Positions 9,403-24,400 of a DNA stretch of 64,000 bases are shown piece by piece. The translations under genes and the position numbers were made by a program. The stretch is from Chthoniobacteraceae bacterium (lineage in GTDB: Bacteria; Verrucomicrobiota; Verrucomicrobiia; Chthoniobacterales; Chthoniobacteraceae), in assembly GCA_040081625.1 (NCBI GenBank), contig JBEBGD010000001.1, positions 129,748 to 193,747 on the forward strand, read 5' to 3'. The first letter of the stretch is position 1, and each line of letters starts with the position of its first letter. A model generated the notes under the pieces. That model searched no databases, was not told the DNA's origin, and saw only the letters and a list, made by a program, of their open reading frames with translations.

Positions 9403-12400
9403 ATGCGCAAGCCCACACGCGTCCCCCGAAAGCTGTCCCGTAAACTCGCCCGTTCGCGGAGAAAGTTTCGAGCTCCCCGTTTCATCCTGGCGACTGCGTT
9501 CGCTCTCTTTTTGCCGCAGGCGGTGAAGGCGGCGACGCTCGTCTGGGACCCGGCGGGCGATCAGTCCAACAGTGGCGGCGCGGGCGCCTGGAACACGACG
9601 AGCCCGTTCTGGAACGACGACAACACGGCGCCGAATGTCGTGTGGAACAACGCCATGAACGACACGGCGAGCTTCGGTGGAACCGGCGGGCTGGTGACGC
9701 TCGGCGAGCCGATCACGGCGGGTGGGCTGATCTTCAGCACGACTGGCTACGGGCTCCAGGGCAACACGCTCACGCTCGCCCTGGGTTCGGCGCTGCAGGT
9801 GACCAATGGCGCGGACAGCGCGACGATCAGCTCGGTGATCGACGGCACGTCGGGCTTCGAGAAGACGGGCGCGGGACTGCTCGTGCTCGGTGGCGCGAAT
9901 ACTTTCACCGGCCCGGCGACGCTGACGGGCGGCACGCTGCGCGCGGCCAGCATGGCAGCGCTCGGCAGCGCGACGAACTCGCTGGTGCTCAATGGCGGGT
10001 TGTTCGAGGTCGCGGTTGATTCGGGTTTCACCGCCTACGACACGGTCGTCGCCGGCGACGCGTTCCTGCTGGCGGGCCGCGCCACGATGGGTGCGGGCGT
10101 CACACACACGCTTGGCTCGCTGGGGATCGGGGCGAACGCCTTGCTCGTCGCGGCGGGGGTGAATCTGGATGCCGACAGCAGCTACGGGGTGAGCTTCGGG
10201 AACACGGCGCTGAGCGGGAATGCGGAGTTCAGCGTGTTCAACAACGGTCTGGGCATCGGCACGCTCACGCTCGGCTCAGTCTCCGAGACGGGCGGCGCGC
10301 GCAAGCTGACCAAGAGCGGCACGGGCACGCTCGTGCTTGGCGGCGCGAATAGTTCGTGGAGCGGCGGACTCGCCATCAATGGCGGCACGGTGCGGATCGC
10401 CGCAGCGAACGCGGCGGGCACCGGCAACGCGCTGAGCTTCGGCGCGGCGTCGGCCGGTGTGCTGCAACTCGGCGGGAACAACACGACCGTCGCCGGGCTC
10501 GATGGCGACGCGACGGCGATCGTGGAGAATGCGAGCGGCACGCCCGCGACGCTCACGGTCAGCAAGGCGCCGGGCGGCACGAGTGTTTTCGACGGACTGC
10601 TGCGCGATGGCGCGGGTGGCGGCGCGCTCGGCTTGACGAAGACCGGCAACGGCGGGCTCACGCTCGGCAACGCGGCGAACGCTTACAGCGGGCTGACGAC
10701 GATCAATGGCGGCACGGTGACGATCTCGAGCCTCGGCGCGCTCGGCACCGGGACCTCGACGATCGCGGTGAACGGCATCGCCGGCTTTGGTCTGCCGGGT
10801 GGGCATTTGGTGATCAATGGCGCGGTCACGCCGATCGATGTCTCGCGCAACGTGAGCGTCGCGGGTCGCGGCGGGAACAATGTGGGCTCGGCGCTGACGC
10901 TGCTCGGCAGCAACACGATCAGCGGCACGGTGACGACGGGAACGAACACCGAGACGCGCATGGTGAACACCGGAGGCACGCTGACCTTGTCGGGCGTGCT
11001 CAGCATCGGCGCGGGTCAGAACACGATCATCCTCGGCAACGGCAACATCAACTTCACGGGCCTGCTGACGGGTGGAACGAATGCGGTGACCGGCTTCAGC
11101 AAGAGCAACTCGAGCATCGGGACGACGCTCACGCTTTCCAACCCGAACAACAATTTCGCGGGCGACATCCGCTTCGACGGCGGCACGCTGCGCGTCGCGA
11201 CGGTGAGCGTGCTCGGCACGAGCACCGGTGCGAATGCGCTGCGCTTCAATGCGGGCACACTGGAACTGCGGACCGACGACCCGGCGGGTTTCATCACGCG
11301 CAACGTGAGCACGGCGGACAACACCGGGAACATCTTCGTCGATCACGCGATCGGCAGTTCGCTGCAAAACCAGACGGTGACGTTCGGGAACCTCGCGATG
11401 ACGGCGGCGCGGACGATCAACTTCACCGGCCGCAACGGCTATGGCGTGAGCTTCACCGGCGCGGGCGGGACCGTGGGCGGTGCGGGCGCCGGCAGTAATA
11501 CCTTCAACAACAACTCGAACGGCCTCGTCTTCATCAACGCCTCGCTCGGCATCGGCGACGCCACGGCGCGCACGCTGACGCTCGGCGGGAACTCCGACAC
11601 GATCGTGACTGGAAGCGTGATCAGCGCTGGCGCGGGCGATCACAACCTGACCAAGGCCGGCACGGGGTTGGTCACGTTCCAAGGCACGGCTTCGACGTTT
11701 GTGGGGAGCACCTTCATCACCGCGGGCACGCTGGCAGTGGACTCAATCGCGGGCGGTCTCAATGGCGTGACGGGCGGCGCTCTCGTGCTCGGAAATACGA
11801 CGACGACCGCGGGTGCCTTCAGCTACACGGGATCGGGCGAGACGACCGAGAAGGTGCTCAATCTCCAGGGCACGAGCGGCAACGGCATCCTGCTGGCCAA
11901 TCACGCGGGCGCGACGCCACTGGTCTTCACGAGCAATGTGGGTGCGGGCGGCGCCGGGACGAAGTCGCTCTTCCTCGGCGGCACGAGCACGCTCGACAAC
12001 GCGATCCTCGGCGTCATCCAGGACAACCTCTTCCTGACCAATCAGACGTCGCTGACCAAGATCGGTTCGGGCACGTGGCTCTATTCGCCTGCTGTGTCGG
12101 GTTACAATCCGGGCGGCAGCGATGTGACGACTGTCGCGAGCGGCGCGAATACGAACGTGCTCACCGTCGCGAGCACGGCGGGCCTCGTCGTCGGCCAGTC
12201 CGTCGCGGGCACGAACGTGCCGGGGCCGTCGGTGATCACCTCGATCACCGGCCCGACCACCTTCACCATCAGCAACAACATCGCGGCTTCCGTAACCGCC
12301 GGCACCGGGCTGACCTTCGGTGTGGTGAGCGGATTCTCCGGCAACGTGGCGGTGGCGGGCGGCACGCTGAAATTCCTGCCGACAGCGGCGGCGGGCGATG

Positions 12401-15400
12401 GCTCGAATCTCATCGACGATTCGGCCCTGCTCACTTTCTCGGCCGATCCGACCACCGGTCGCGGCGTGGCGGGTGGCACTTTTGAATACCAGGGTTTCGC
12501 AACGGGCAGCACCGAGAACATCGGCGCGATCACCGTGTCTGCGGGCGCGGCGACGGTGCGGGTGACGCCGGGCGCGAGCGGCATGACGACGCTGAACTTC
12601 GGCACGATCGGCGTGGTGCCGGCGGGGACGGGGCTGAACTTCGTGTCGCCCGCGAACACGAGCATCTCGATCGCTTTCCAAGGCACGGCGTTCGTGAATT
12701 CGCACGCGTATTTCAACGGCGCGGACTTCGCCTACACGATCAACGACGTGCTGACCGCGCCGGTCTATGGCGTCGATCCCGGCTTCGTCACGAGCTCGAC
12801 GGCGTTCGTCGATTTCGCGAACAACGAAATCACCGGCAGCTTTGTTGCCGACTCGGCGATCGCGGCCAGCTTGAAGATCAGCGGCAGCCAGACGCTGACG
12901 CTCAATCCGGGCGCGACGCTCACGATCAACACCGGCGGCCTGCTCGTCGATGGCGGCGCAGCGACGATCGCCGGCGGCGCGGGCGTGACGACGGACGGCG
13001 CGATCGATCTCGCGGTGCGCGTGAATGGAGCGGGCGATTCGCTGACGCTCGACACGCTGATCGACGCCACGACGACGGGTGGCCTGACGAAGAACGGCGC
13101 CGGACTGCTCGTGCTCAATGGCGCGCACGCCTACACGGGCACGACGACGATCAATGAAGGCGCGATCTTCCTCGGAACCGGTGCGCAGCTCGGCGGGCCG
13201 ACGGCGATCAACTCGAACAACCTGACGATCCGGCAGGACGGCGTGCTCGACCTGAATGGAAATACGATCGGCGTCGGCGCGTTTGCGGGCTCGGGCGCGG
13301 TGATCAATTCCGGCCTGCCGGGCGCGGCGCTCGCCGTCGGGAATGGCACTGGCAGCGGCGTCTTCAGCGGCACGATCAGCGGCAGCATCAGCGTCGCAAA
13401 GACCGGCACGGGCACGGCGCTCTCGCTGGTCGGCGTGAATACTTATACCGGCGCGACGGTGCTCAACCAGGGCACGCTCGTGATCAACAGCATCGCCGAC
13501 ATCGGACAGGCGAGCAGCATCGGCGTGGGCGACGCGACCTCCGGCGCGACCAATGCGGCCAGCCTCATTTTCGATGGCGGCGCGCTGCAATACACGGGGT
13601 CGAATGCGAACTTCCAGCAGACCACGCAGACGCCGACCGTCTCGACCGACCGCCGCTTTTCTCTCGCAAACAACGGCACGATCGATTCGTCCGGCCAGTT
13701 CGGAAACGCCGTCCTCGCCGGCGGCGCTGCGAACAACGCAGCGCTCGTCTTCCGCAACACGGCCGCGGTGAGTTTCATCGGCTCGGGCGACCGCACGCTC
13801 ACGCTCCAGGGCAACTCGACCGGCGACAATACGATCCGGCTCAACCTGATCGACAACACGAACGGCGGCATCCTGTCGGTGACGAAAGCCGGCGCGGGCT
13901 TGTGGATCCTCGATCCCGCACTCGCGAACACCTATAATGGCGCGACGACAATCACCGCGGGTGCGCTCGCAGTGACCGACGGCTTCAGCCTGCCAGCCGC
14001 GAGCAATCTCGTGCTCAACGGCGGCGTGATCCAGACTGCGGGCACGTTTGATCGCGCGCTCGGCACGACCGGCGCCAGCACCGTGCAATGGACGGCGGGC
14101 GGCGGCTTCGCGGCCTCGACCGGCAAGCTCACCGTGGCCGTCGGCGGCATCGCGACGCCGACGCCGCTCGTTTTCGGCACGGCGCCCTTCACCAGCGGCA
14201 CGCTCATCCTCAGCTCGACGACGGCGCTGGCCGACGTGGAACTGGTCAACGCGCTCGATCTCGGCGCTGCGGCGCGGACGATCCAGGTCGATGACAACGG
14301 CACGACGAACACGGACTTCGCGACGATCTCCGGGCTCATCACCGGCGGCATCGGCGGAAACTTCATCAAGACCGGCGGCGGCCCACTCTACCTCACGGCG
14401 CAGAACAGCTACTCGGGCGACACGCTCATCAACGCCGGCTCGATCATCGTCACCTCGATCGGCAGCGGCGGCGCGACCAGCCATCTCGGCGACGCGACCG
14501 GCACGTTGAGCATCGGCAGCGGCGGCACGGCGGGCACGCTCGTTTATTACGGCGCGGGGGAGAATGTGACGCGCACGATCAATCTCGCCGGCACGACGGG
14601 CGGCGCGACGATCGACGCGAGCGGCAGCGGGCCGCTGATCATCAACACGATCAACACGACCGGTGCCGGCGCGAAGACGCTGACGCTGCGTGGCTATAAT
14701 AATGACGTGAACGAGTTGAAGGGCGCGCTCGCCGACAACGGCGGCATCCTCACCGTGACCAAGACCGATGGCGGCACGTGGCTGCTCACCGGCTCGAACA
14801 GCCACTCCGGCACGACCAACGTCAACAGCGGCTTCGTCGGCATCGCCGGCAGCGCGACGGGATTCGCCGGCAGCGCGCTGAGCACGGGCACGCTCTCGAT
14901 TTCCAACGGCGGCATCTTCGCGCTCGATGCCGGCGGGCTCACGATCGGCAACCCGCTCAACATTGCCTCGAACACGACCGCGGCGTTCCTCGGAGCAAAC
15001 TCGATCAACCTCACCAACACGATCGGCGGCGCGACCGGCAATCCGTGGACGATCAACAACACGATCGCCGCGCCTGCGACGCTGGAGATCAGCGGCAACC
15101 TGCGCAGCAACGAAACGGCGACGGCGCGCAACTTCAGCATCACGGGCACGGGCAACACCATCCTCAGCGGCGGCTTCGACAGCCTCGGAGCGCCGGTGGG
15201 TCTGACCGTCAACACCAGCGGCACTGTCACCTTCACCGGCAGTGGTGCATTTAATAACTACACGAACGGCGTCGTGCTCTCGCAGGGCAACGTGATCGTG
15301 AACCGCACGGCACCCTTCGGCCCGTCGAACAACACGCTGCAGATCAACGGCGCGACGCTGCAGAGCCTGATCCCGCTGAACGGCTTCGATGCGCTGCCGA

Positions 15401-18400
15401 ACAACGTGCTCTTCAACGGCAACCCCGGTGTGCTGACAGGGACGAACCCAATCGAGATCGCCGGCATCGCGACCAACAACGGCGGCAACCGGCTGCTCGT
15501 GAACAATCTCTCGGGCGGTGCGGCGCTCACGCTCTCGGGCGGCGTGAATCTTTCCAACGACACGACGAATCGCACGCTGACGATCCTCGGCAGCGGCATG
15601 ACGGTCATCAGCGCCACGATCGCCAACGGCAGCACGTCGAACTCGAGCCTGACCTTCTCCGGCAATGGCACGCTGACCCTGGCCGGATCGAATACCTTCA
15701 CCAACACGCTCACGCTCAACAGCGGCGCCACGACCTTGAGCGGCCCCGGCCTTCTGGCCTCGGCGATTGCGGTCAATTCAGGCGCGTCCTTCACCATCGA
15801 CCAGACCGGCGGCACGACCGCGCGCACCGCGCCGGGCAAGACGCTGACGCTCTCCGGCGGCACGTTCAATTTCATCGGCGACGCCGGCGGCTCGACCGTG
15901 GTGGAGCCCGCCGGGCTCGTGCTGAGCAGCGGCGCTTCGACGATCGCGATGAGCGGCACCGGGTCGAATTCGCTGACCTTCGCGACGCTCGCGCAAAACG
16001 TCGGCGCGACGGCGAACCTCGGCATCACCGGCCTCGGCACGACGAACCAGCTTCTCTTCACCACCGCGCCGACGCTCGTGCCGGCGACCACGGGCATCCT
16101 CCCGCGCATCACAATCGGCGGCATCGACTTCGCCACCTACGACGCCGGCGGCATCGTCGCCTTCACGGCCTACACGCCGGCGCTGAACACGGTCGGCGCG
16201 ACCAATACCGTGAAGCTCACGGCGAGCGAAAATCTCACCGCGGCGGCTGCCACGCGAAATGCGCTGGCGCTGAGCGGCACCGGCATCACCGCTGGCCTGG
16301 CGAATGGAGCAGTGCTCACGCTCACGAGCGGCGGCGTGCTCGTCGAAGGCGGCAGCAACACCTTGAGCGGCGGCTCGGTGGCGTTCGGCGCGGCTGAGGG
16401 CGTCTTTCATGTGAATGTCGGCGCGTCGCTGAATGTGACGAGTTCAATCTCCGGCACGGGCGGCTTCACGAAGGCGCTCGGCGGTTCGCTGACGCTCGGC
16501 GCGCCGCAGTATTTCTCCGGCACGACGACCGTGAACGGCGGCACGCTGACGCTCGATCCGGGCGCGAACACGATCTTCCAGAACAGCGCGCTGGCGGTGA
16601 ATGCGGGCGGCACGATCGATCTCAATGGCAGCCTCCAATGGGTCAACACGCTCAGCAGCGGCAGCGGCGGCGTGCCCGGCGCGGGCGGCATCATCACCAC
16701 GAGCACCGGCACCGGGACGCTGATCGTGAACATGGGCGCGAGCGCGACCTATGCGGGGCAGATCACGGGCGCCGTGAATCTCGTCCGTTCCGGCGGCAAC
16801 ACGCTCACCGTCGAGAGCCCGCTCGCCCACACCGGCGCGACCCTGCTGACCGGCGGCACGACCACGCTGCGCGACAACGCCACGCTGCTCGCCACGTCGT
16901 CGATCGACCTCACGTTCGCGACGCTTCTCCTCGACAACAACGCCGGCCTCCAGACCGATCTAAATGACCGCGTCGGCGATGCGATCCCGATCAACCTGCG
17001 CGGCGGCACGCTCACATTTACGGGCCGCGTCGTCACCGCATCGAGCGAAGTGCTCGGCGCCATCAGCGCGCTCCAGGGTGCGAACACGATCACGATCAAC
17101 TCGGGCAACTCCGGCATCTACTTTTCGTCGGACGTGACGGTCGCGAGTGTCGCGCGCAGCGCCGGCACGACGGTCAACTTCACGACCAACAACACGCTGG
17201 GCAGCGTCGGCAACAACACGCGCCTTTTCCTCACCGCGAATCCGGCGCTCACGGCGAACTCCATCATCGGCGCGTGGGCCATCGCGAACACGGGTGACTA
17301 CGCGACCTACTCCGTGCAGCAGGGCCTCGGCGCGGTCGGCACGCAGGGCTTCCGGGGCTACGACGTGACCTTCGGCAGCGGGAATCTCACGCAGGTCTTC
17401 GCCGGCAGCGTCGCGACCACGACGACGCTTTCGGCGCCGCAGACGCTGGCTTCGGTGGTGAAGCTGGGCGGCGGCGCGTTCGCGAACGACATCGCCTTCA
17501 GCGCCGCCGCGAATGTGCTCAACCTCGAGCTCGGCGGCCTGCTGCGAAACATCAACGCGACCTCGGCCATCGGCACGGCGGCGGTCCCCGGCGTGCTCAC
17601 CGCCGGCGGCGCGGCGAGCAGCGGTGCGAACGAACTCATCGTCTTCAACAACCAGAGCACGCTGACGATCAACTCGGTGATCAAGGACGCGGCGCAGACC
17701 GGCAGCGGCACGGGCACGCTCACGCTCGTGAAAGCAGGCGGCGGCACCGTCGCGCTCACCGCGGGCACGACGGCGTTGAATATCGGGACGAATACGACCA
17801 GCGCGAGCGCGGAAGTCACCGTCGCGAGCGCGGCGGGGCTGTTCGTGGGTCAGTCCGTCAGCGGGCCGGGCATCGATCCGGGCACGACGATCAATGCGAT
17901 TAGCGGCACCACGGTCACGCTTTCCAGCCCTGCGACGGCAAGTGCGCACACCGCGCTTACGTTCGGCTCGACCGGGCCTTCGACGCTGACCGGCGCGACC
18001 ATCGCAAGCGGCGATACGACCTTCACCGTGAATCCGGCGCAGGCGGCGACCCTCTACGCGGGGCAGCCGATCTTTGGCGCGGGCCTCGCGGCAGGCACGA
18101 CCATCACCAGCGTGGAGGCCACGACGGTCACCCTCTCTGCGGCGACGACCGCGGATGTGACCGACCCGTCCATCGGCGCGGCGGGTAATATATATACCGG
18201 CGGCACGATCGTGAACCAGGGCACGCTCAGCCTCGCCGGCGCGGCAGTCGGTTCGGTGGTGATCCCCGCAGGTGGACTCACGCTCAACTCCGCGACTGTC
18301 ACGATGGTGGTCAACGGCGGGCAGATCGATCCGGCCAACGGCGTCACCTTGAGCGGCACTTCGACGTTGACGCTCGTGGGCAACAACACGCTGAGCGCGC

Positions 18401-21400
18401 TGACTTATAATAACATCGGCAACAGCGGCGCGCTGACCGTCGCGAGTGGCGGCATCCTCGCGCTCACCGATGCGACGCCGATCACCGTTACCTCGGGGAA
18501 CGTCGCGGTGACGCCGACGCTCTCCGGCACGGTCGATCTCGGCACCGGGGCGAAGACGCTGAGCATCGGCGACATCAACGTGCTCGGGCAGACGGCGTCG
18601 ATTCTCTCTCCGTCGCTGAACATCACCGCGGCGATCACCGGCACGGGCGCGAGCCTTGTGAAGGTGGGCAATGGCGTGCTGCAACTGAGCGGCGCGAGCA
18701 CCTTCACCGGTGGCGTGGACCTCACCGCTGGCGGCCTGCTGCTCGGTGCGAGCACGGCGCCAAACCCGATCGCGAGCGGCATCGCCACCGGCCCGCTCGG
18801 CACCGGCGCGCTGAACGTCGCCAGCGGCGCCTACCTCGTCGCCACCGGGACGCAGACCGTCTCGAACGCGACGACTTTCGGCGGCACGCCGACCTTCTTC
18901 AATCTGACCAACGCCGTTGCGAACCTCTCGCTGAGCGGCGCGATCACCGTGCCGAACGGCGCGCTGGGCGTGAACGTGCAACACCCGCTTCTGACCGTGG
19001 CGCTCGGCGGTTCGATCACGAACTTTGCAGCGATCACCTCGATCACCAAGGACGGTCCCGGCAACCTTTCGCTCGGCCTGAACGCCTATGCCGGTCCGAT
19101 TGTCGTCAACGGTGGCGGTGCGCTTGGCTTGCTGATGGATGGCGACGGTTCCGGCGTGACGCAGGCGATCAGCTTCACCGGTCCGATCACGGTCAACGGC
19201 TTCCCGGCGTTGATCGTGGGTCGCGCGGGTGCGACTTCGCCATTCACGCAGGCGGCCAACAAGACGATCCAGCCGACGGCGCTGACCGCGGCGCTCGGCG
19301 ATGGCATTTCGGTTACGAATAACAATGGCTACGGCCTGCTCTTGTCGAATTCCATCGCGCTCAGCAGCAGCGCGATCTTCACGGTTTCGACGGCGTCGGC
19401 ATCGGACGGGACGCAGGGCTTGACGCTCGGTGGAGTGATCAGCGGCACGGGCTTCTCGAAGAGCGGCCTCGGCACCCTCGTGCTGGCGAATGCGGCGAAC
19501 ACCTTCGCCGGCAACATCGTCATCAACCAGGGCGTCGTGGCGGCTGGCAGCGAAGGAGCGCTCGGCGATCCGGGCAATGCGATCAATCTCAGCGCGGCGC
19601 TCGGGGCGACCGCGGGATTCTCGGGAAATGCGACGTTCTCGTCGGCGCGCACGCTGAACTTCAACAACGCGGTCCAGAACGGAACGGTCGTCAACGGAAG
19701 CGCGACGGTGACCGTGGCGAACACGGCGGGGATGCAGCTCGGGCAGACGATCAGCGGCGCGGGGATCGCGCCGGGGACGACGGTCGCGACCATCGTGAAT
19801 GCGACCTCCTTCACGCTCTCCGCGCCGGCGACCGCCGACGGCACGATCAGCGTGTCGGTGCCGAACGACCTCGTCCTCGTCTCCTCCGGCCAGACGCTCA
19901 CGCTCACGGGCGTGAACGCGCTCACAGGCGGTGCGTTTGTGAAGTCCGACCCGGGTGTGCTGGCGTTGGGCGCCGGCAATGCGGGGTGGTCGGGCCAGGT
20001 CTTTGTCGGCGGCGGCGTGCTCCTGCTCCAGGATAGCAACGCGCTCGGCAGCGGCTCCGCTGTGATCTCGCCGAATGCCGCGGTGGTCGGTTCGGCGCTG
20101 CGGCTGACGAACAACGTGACGATCGCCAACTCGATCTCGCTGCAAGGCACGGGCAACGTGGCTTTCGGTGGCATCAATTTCGGTGGCCAGCTCCAGAGCG
20201 TCTCGGGCACGAATGCCACCACCGGCGTGCTGACGATGAACTTCGACGCCGCGATCGGCGCGGATGCGGGCTCGACGCTGAACATCAATGGCGGGATCAA
20301 CAACCCGACCGTGACGGGCCGCGCGCTCATCTTCACCGGCGCGGGCACGATCAACGTCAACAGCGACATCACCTCGGCGACGACGCCGACCGCGAACCAG
20401 TATTTCAGCATCAACAAATACGGCGCCGGCACGGTGAACTTCACGACGCCGAGCTCGATCGCGGTGACGGGCAACCTGACCATCCACGGCGGCACGCTCA
20501 GCCTCAGCGGAGGCGGCACGTTCGCCGCCGGCAACACGATCGCCGCGACGGTGAACCCCGGCACGACGCTCAACCTCGACAACAGCGGCACGAACACGAA
20601 CAACCGCCTCGGCGGAAGGCCGGTCACGCTATCCGGCGGCTCGCTTACGATGACGCCGAGCGCGACCGCGGCGGTCAGCGAATCGCTCGGCGTGTTCACG
20701 GTCGGGCGCGGGTTCGACCAGTTCACCGTCACCGCCGACCCGGCGCAGCAGTCCAACGTGGTGCTCGCGAGCCTCGCGCGGAATACGGGCAGCGCGATCG
20801 TCTTCAGCGGGACCGGACTCGGCAGCGCGGCGGGCGCGGGCGTGAGCACGATCAGCATCACGACGGCGCCGACTTTCGTCGGCCAGACCGGCGCGGCCAA
20901 CACGACGAACAAGGGCATCCTGCCTTACGCGCTCGTCGTGGACACGCTCGGCGGCACGCCGGGCTTTGCGACGACCGACGGCACGGCCTCGGCGCGCATC
21001 CGGCAGTTGGTGACGACCGGGCTGACGCCGGAAATCAGCACCACGCTGCTCCTGGGCCTCACGCAGGCCGGCGTGAATCCGGGCAACATCGTGATGACGA
21101 CCAACCCGGGTGCGGTCACCTCGGCGCTGACGGTCAACTCGCTCGACTTGAACAGCGGCGGCGGCGTGACGGTCAGCCCGCAGGTCGTGCTCACGCTCGC
21201 GAGCGGCGGCATCATCGCGCGCACGGGGAATACAGGCATCACCGGCGGCAACCTCGCGGTGGCGGGCAATGAATTGGTCGTCCACGCGCTCGATAACCTG
21301 ACCATCGGCAGCATCATCACCGGCACGGCGGGCATGACCAAGAGCGGGCCGGGCATCCTGACGATTTCCACCAAGAGCACCTACACCGGCAACACGAGCG

Positions 21401-24400
21401 TCGCGCAGGGCACGCTGCGGCTGGGCGGCGGACTGAACACGCTTTTCCCCGGTCAGTTCATGATCATCAACGGCGGCACGCTGGACCTCAACGGCACGCA
21501 GCAGCAGATCAGCGGCCTGCTCAGCGACGGCACGGCGGCGGGCACGGGAGTGGTGACCGGCAATGCCGCGAGCACGCTCGTGGTCAACCAGGACAACACG
21601 GCGCGGACCTTCGCCGGATCGATCCAGGGCGCGATGCGGTTTGTGCGCGCGGGCCAGAATACGCTCACGTTCACCAACGCGAACACGATGACCGGGCCGC
21701 TGCTCATCCTCGGGACGACGACGCTGCAGGATTCCGGCGCGTTCACGACCGCCAGTTCGGTGGAGATCGGCTACTCGACGTTGAACATGAGCAACGCGAG
21801 TCAGATCGACATCGCGAACCGGCTCAGCAACACGGCGGCGATCACGATGCGCGGCGGCACGCTCACGCTGACCGGTCGCGCGCAAACTGCGTCGAGCGAA
21901 ACGGTCGGCGCGGTGAGCGTGCAGCAGAGCGCGGCGACGATCACCTCGACGCTCGGTGGCGGCGGAATCTCGTCCACGGATCTCACGCTCGGCGGCTTGA
22001 CGCGCGCCGCGGGCACGACGGTGAACCTGAACGCCGCCGGCCAGGTCGGATCGAGCAATCGCATCTTCATCACGGGCGGCGCGGGGCTGCTCAATGCGAG
22101 CACCGTCTTCGGCCCGTGGGCCATCGCGAACAGCAGCGACTACGCGACCTATAACACCACGCTCGGCGTGGGCGCGGTCGGCGGCGTGGGCTTCCGTGCG
22201 TATGACGGAGCGTTCGGACCGGGGAGCGTGACGCAGCTCGGCGTGACGACGAATCTCAACCAGGCCGTGAACCGCACGGGCCTGCTGCGACTTTCCGCGG
22301 GCGCGACGCTCGACGTGACCTTCTCACTGCCGGGCAACGTGCTCCAGCTCGAGCAGGGCGGCCTCCTGCGCAGCAATAACAACAACGCCTCGGCCATCGG
22401 CACCGTGCTGGTGCCCGGCGTGCTGACCGCGGGCACGAGCACCTCGACGCTGAACACCGAGCTGATCGCCTACAACAACCAGAACACGATCACGATCAAC
22501 TCGGTGATCGTGGACACGAAGAACGCGGGCATCGGCAACGCGAACGCGGGTGCGACGGTGTCGCTGCTCAAGAGCGGCGCGGGCGCGGTCACGCTGACCG
22601 CGGCGAACCTGCACAGCGGCGGGACGACGGTCGCGCAGGGAACGCTCAACCTTAGCGCGACGACCAATGGCACCATCGTGTTGCCGGCTGGTCCGATCAC
22701 GGTGGGCAGCGGCACGTTGACGATGAACAACGTCGCGGGCCAGATCGCGCCGACCAACACAATCACGCTGCTGAGCGCCGGGACGGTGAACCTGTTCGGC
22801 AACAACACGCTCGCGGGCCTCACCTTCAACAACACGGGCAGCGCGACGACGCCGACCTTCAACACCGGCGGCATCCTGACGCTCGCTGGCAACGTCACCG
22901 CGGGTGGACAGAACGTCGGCTCGGTGAGCACGATCGCGGGCGGACTCGATCTCGGCGCGGTCACGCGGACTTTCACGGTGAACTCGATCCTCATCAATGC
23001 TGTGGACGTGGCGCCGCAGATCGCGAACCTCTCGATCAGCGCGGGCATCCGCGGTGCGGGCGTGGGCGTGACGAAGGCGGGCACCGGCGCGCTGCAGTTC
23101 AGCGGGGTGAATGCCTATACGGGGGCGACGACGATCAACGCGGGCACCCTGCAGATCGGTGCGGCGGGCGCCGGCGCGCCGCTCTCGCCGCTCGTAGTCA
23201 ATGCAACGACGCGTGTGAACCTGAACGCGCTTTCGGGCACGTTCGGCAGCCTCACCGGCGCGGGTGACGTGACGAATGACACCGCCACGGTGGCCACGCT
23301 CACGGCGGGATGGGACAACACGAGCACGACCTTCAGCGGCAAATTCCTGCGCTTCAACGACGGCGTCCCGGCGAGCACGAACTTCAGCAAGGTCGGCACC
23401 GGCACGCTCACGCTCACGGGCGTGAGCACGAGCCAGGGCACGATGACGGTCAACCAGGGCGCGCTGGTGTATGGCCCGTTGGCGACCACCGCCTTCCTCA
23501 CGAACATCGTCAACACGGGCGGTTCGCTCCTGTTCGACAACCGGGTGACCAACCAGAGCCAGCGGTTCGGCGGCAGCGCGGGATCGAGCACCACGCTCAC
23601 GCTTGGCGGCGGCGCGTTCAATATCACCGGCAACAATGCCGCGGTGACGGCGGAGTCGCTCGGGCGGGTCGTGCCGATGGCGGCCGGAGTGACGACCAAT
23701 GCGAGCACGACGGTGACCGTCACGAGCACGGCGGGGCTGCTGCCCGGCATGGTCGTCAGCGGTGCGGGCATCCCGTCGGGCACGACGGTCGCGTCGATCA
23801 CCAATGCGACGAGCTTTGTCCTGAGCGCAGCGGCCACGGCGAGCGCGACCGGGCTCACCATCACGGGCGCGCTCGGCGGTGCGACCACGCTGACCACCGG
23901 CGGCAGCACGATGACGCTTTCGTCGGATGCGCAAACCATCGTCTTCAACACCGGCACGCTCTCGGCGGTGACGGGCGGCGCTTCGCTGCTGCTGCGCGGC
24001 ACGAATCTCGGTGCGCCGATCGGCGCGGGAGTCGCGCAATTCGTCGCGCTGACGGCGAACGTGGCGGGCACGGCCGGGACCGGCGCGGCTGGCTCGGTGA
24101 CGATGTCCACCCGGCCCGACATCATCGTGGACACCACGGCCACGGGCAGCGGCATTTCCTTTGGCGCCTACGTCGGTGCGACCGGCGTGAATACGACGGG
24201 CGGCAACGGCTTCCGCCCGCTCGCGACGGCGGAATACTCGAACCTGCTGACGGCAGGCGCGACGAACAACGTGCTCCTCGGGGCGCCCGGCTCGATCATC
24301 GCGGCGACGACCGTCGGGAGCCTTACGCTGAACGCGGGTGGCGGATTCGGATCGGCGGGCGTGCTGGCCGCGGCGAATACGCTCACGCTCGGCGGCGCGG

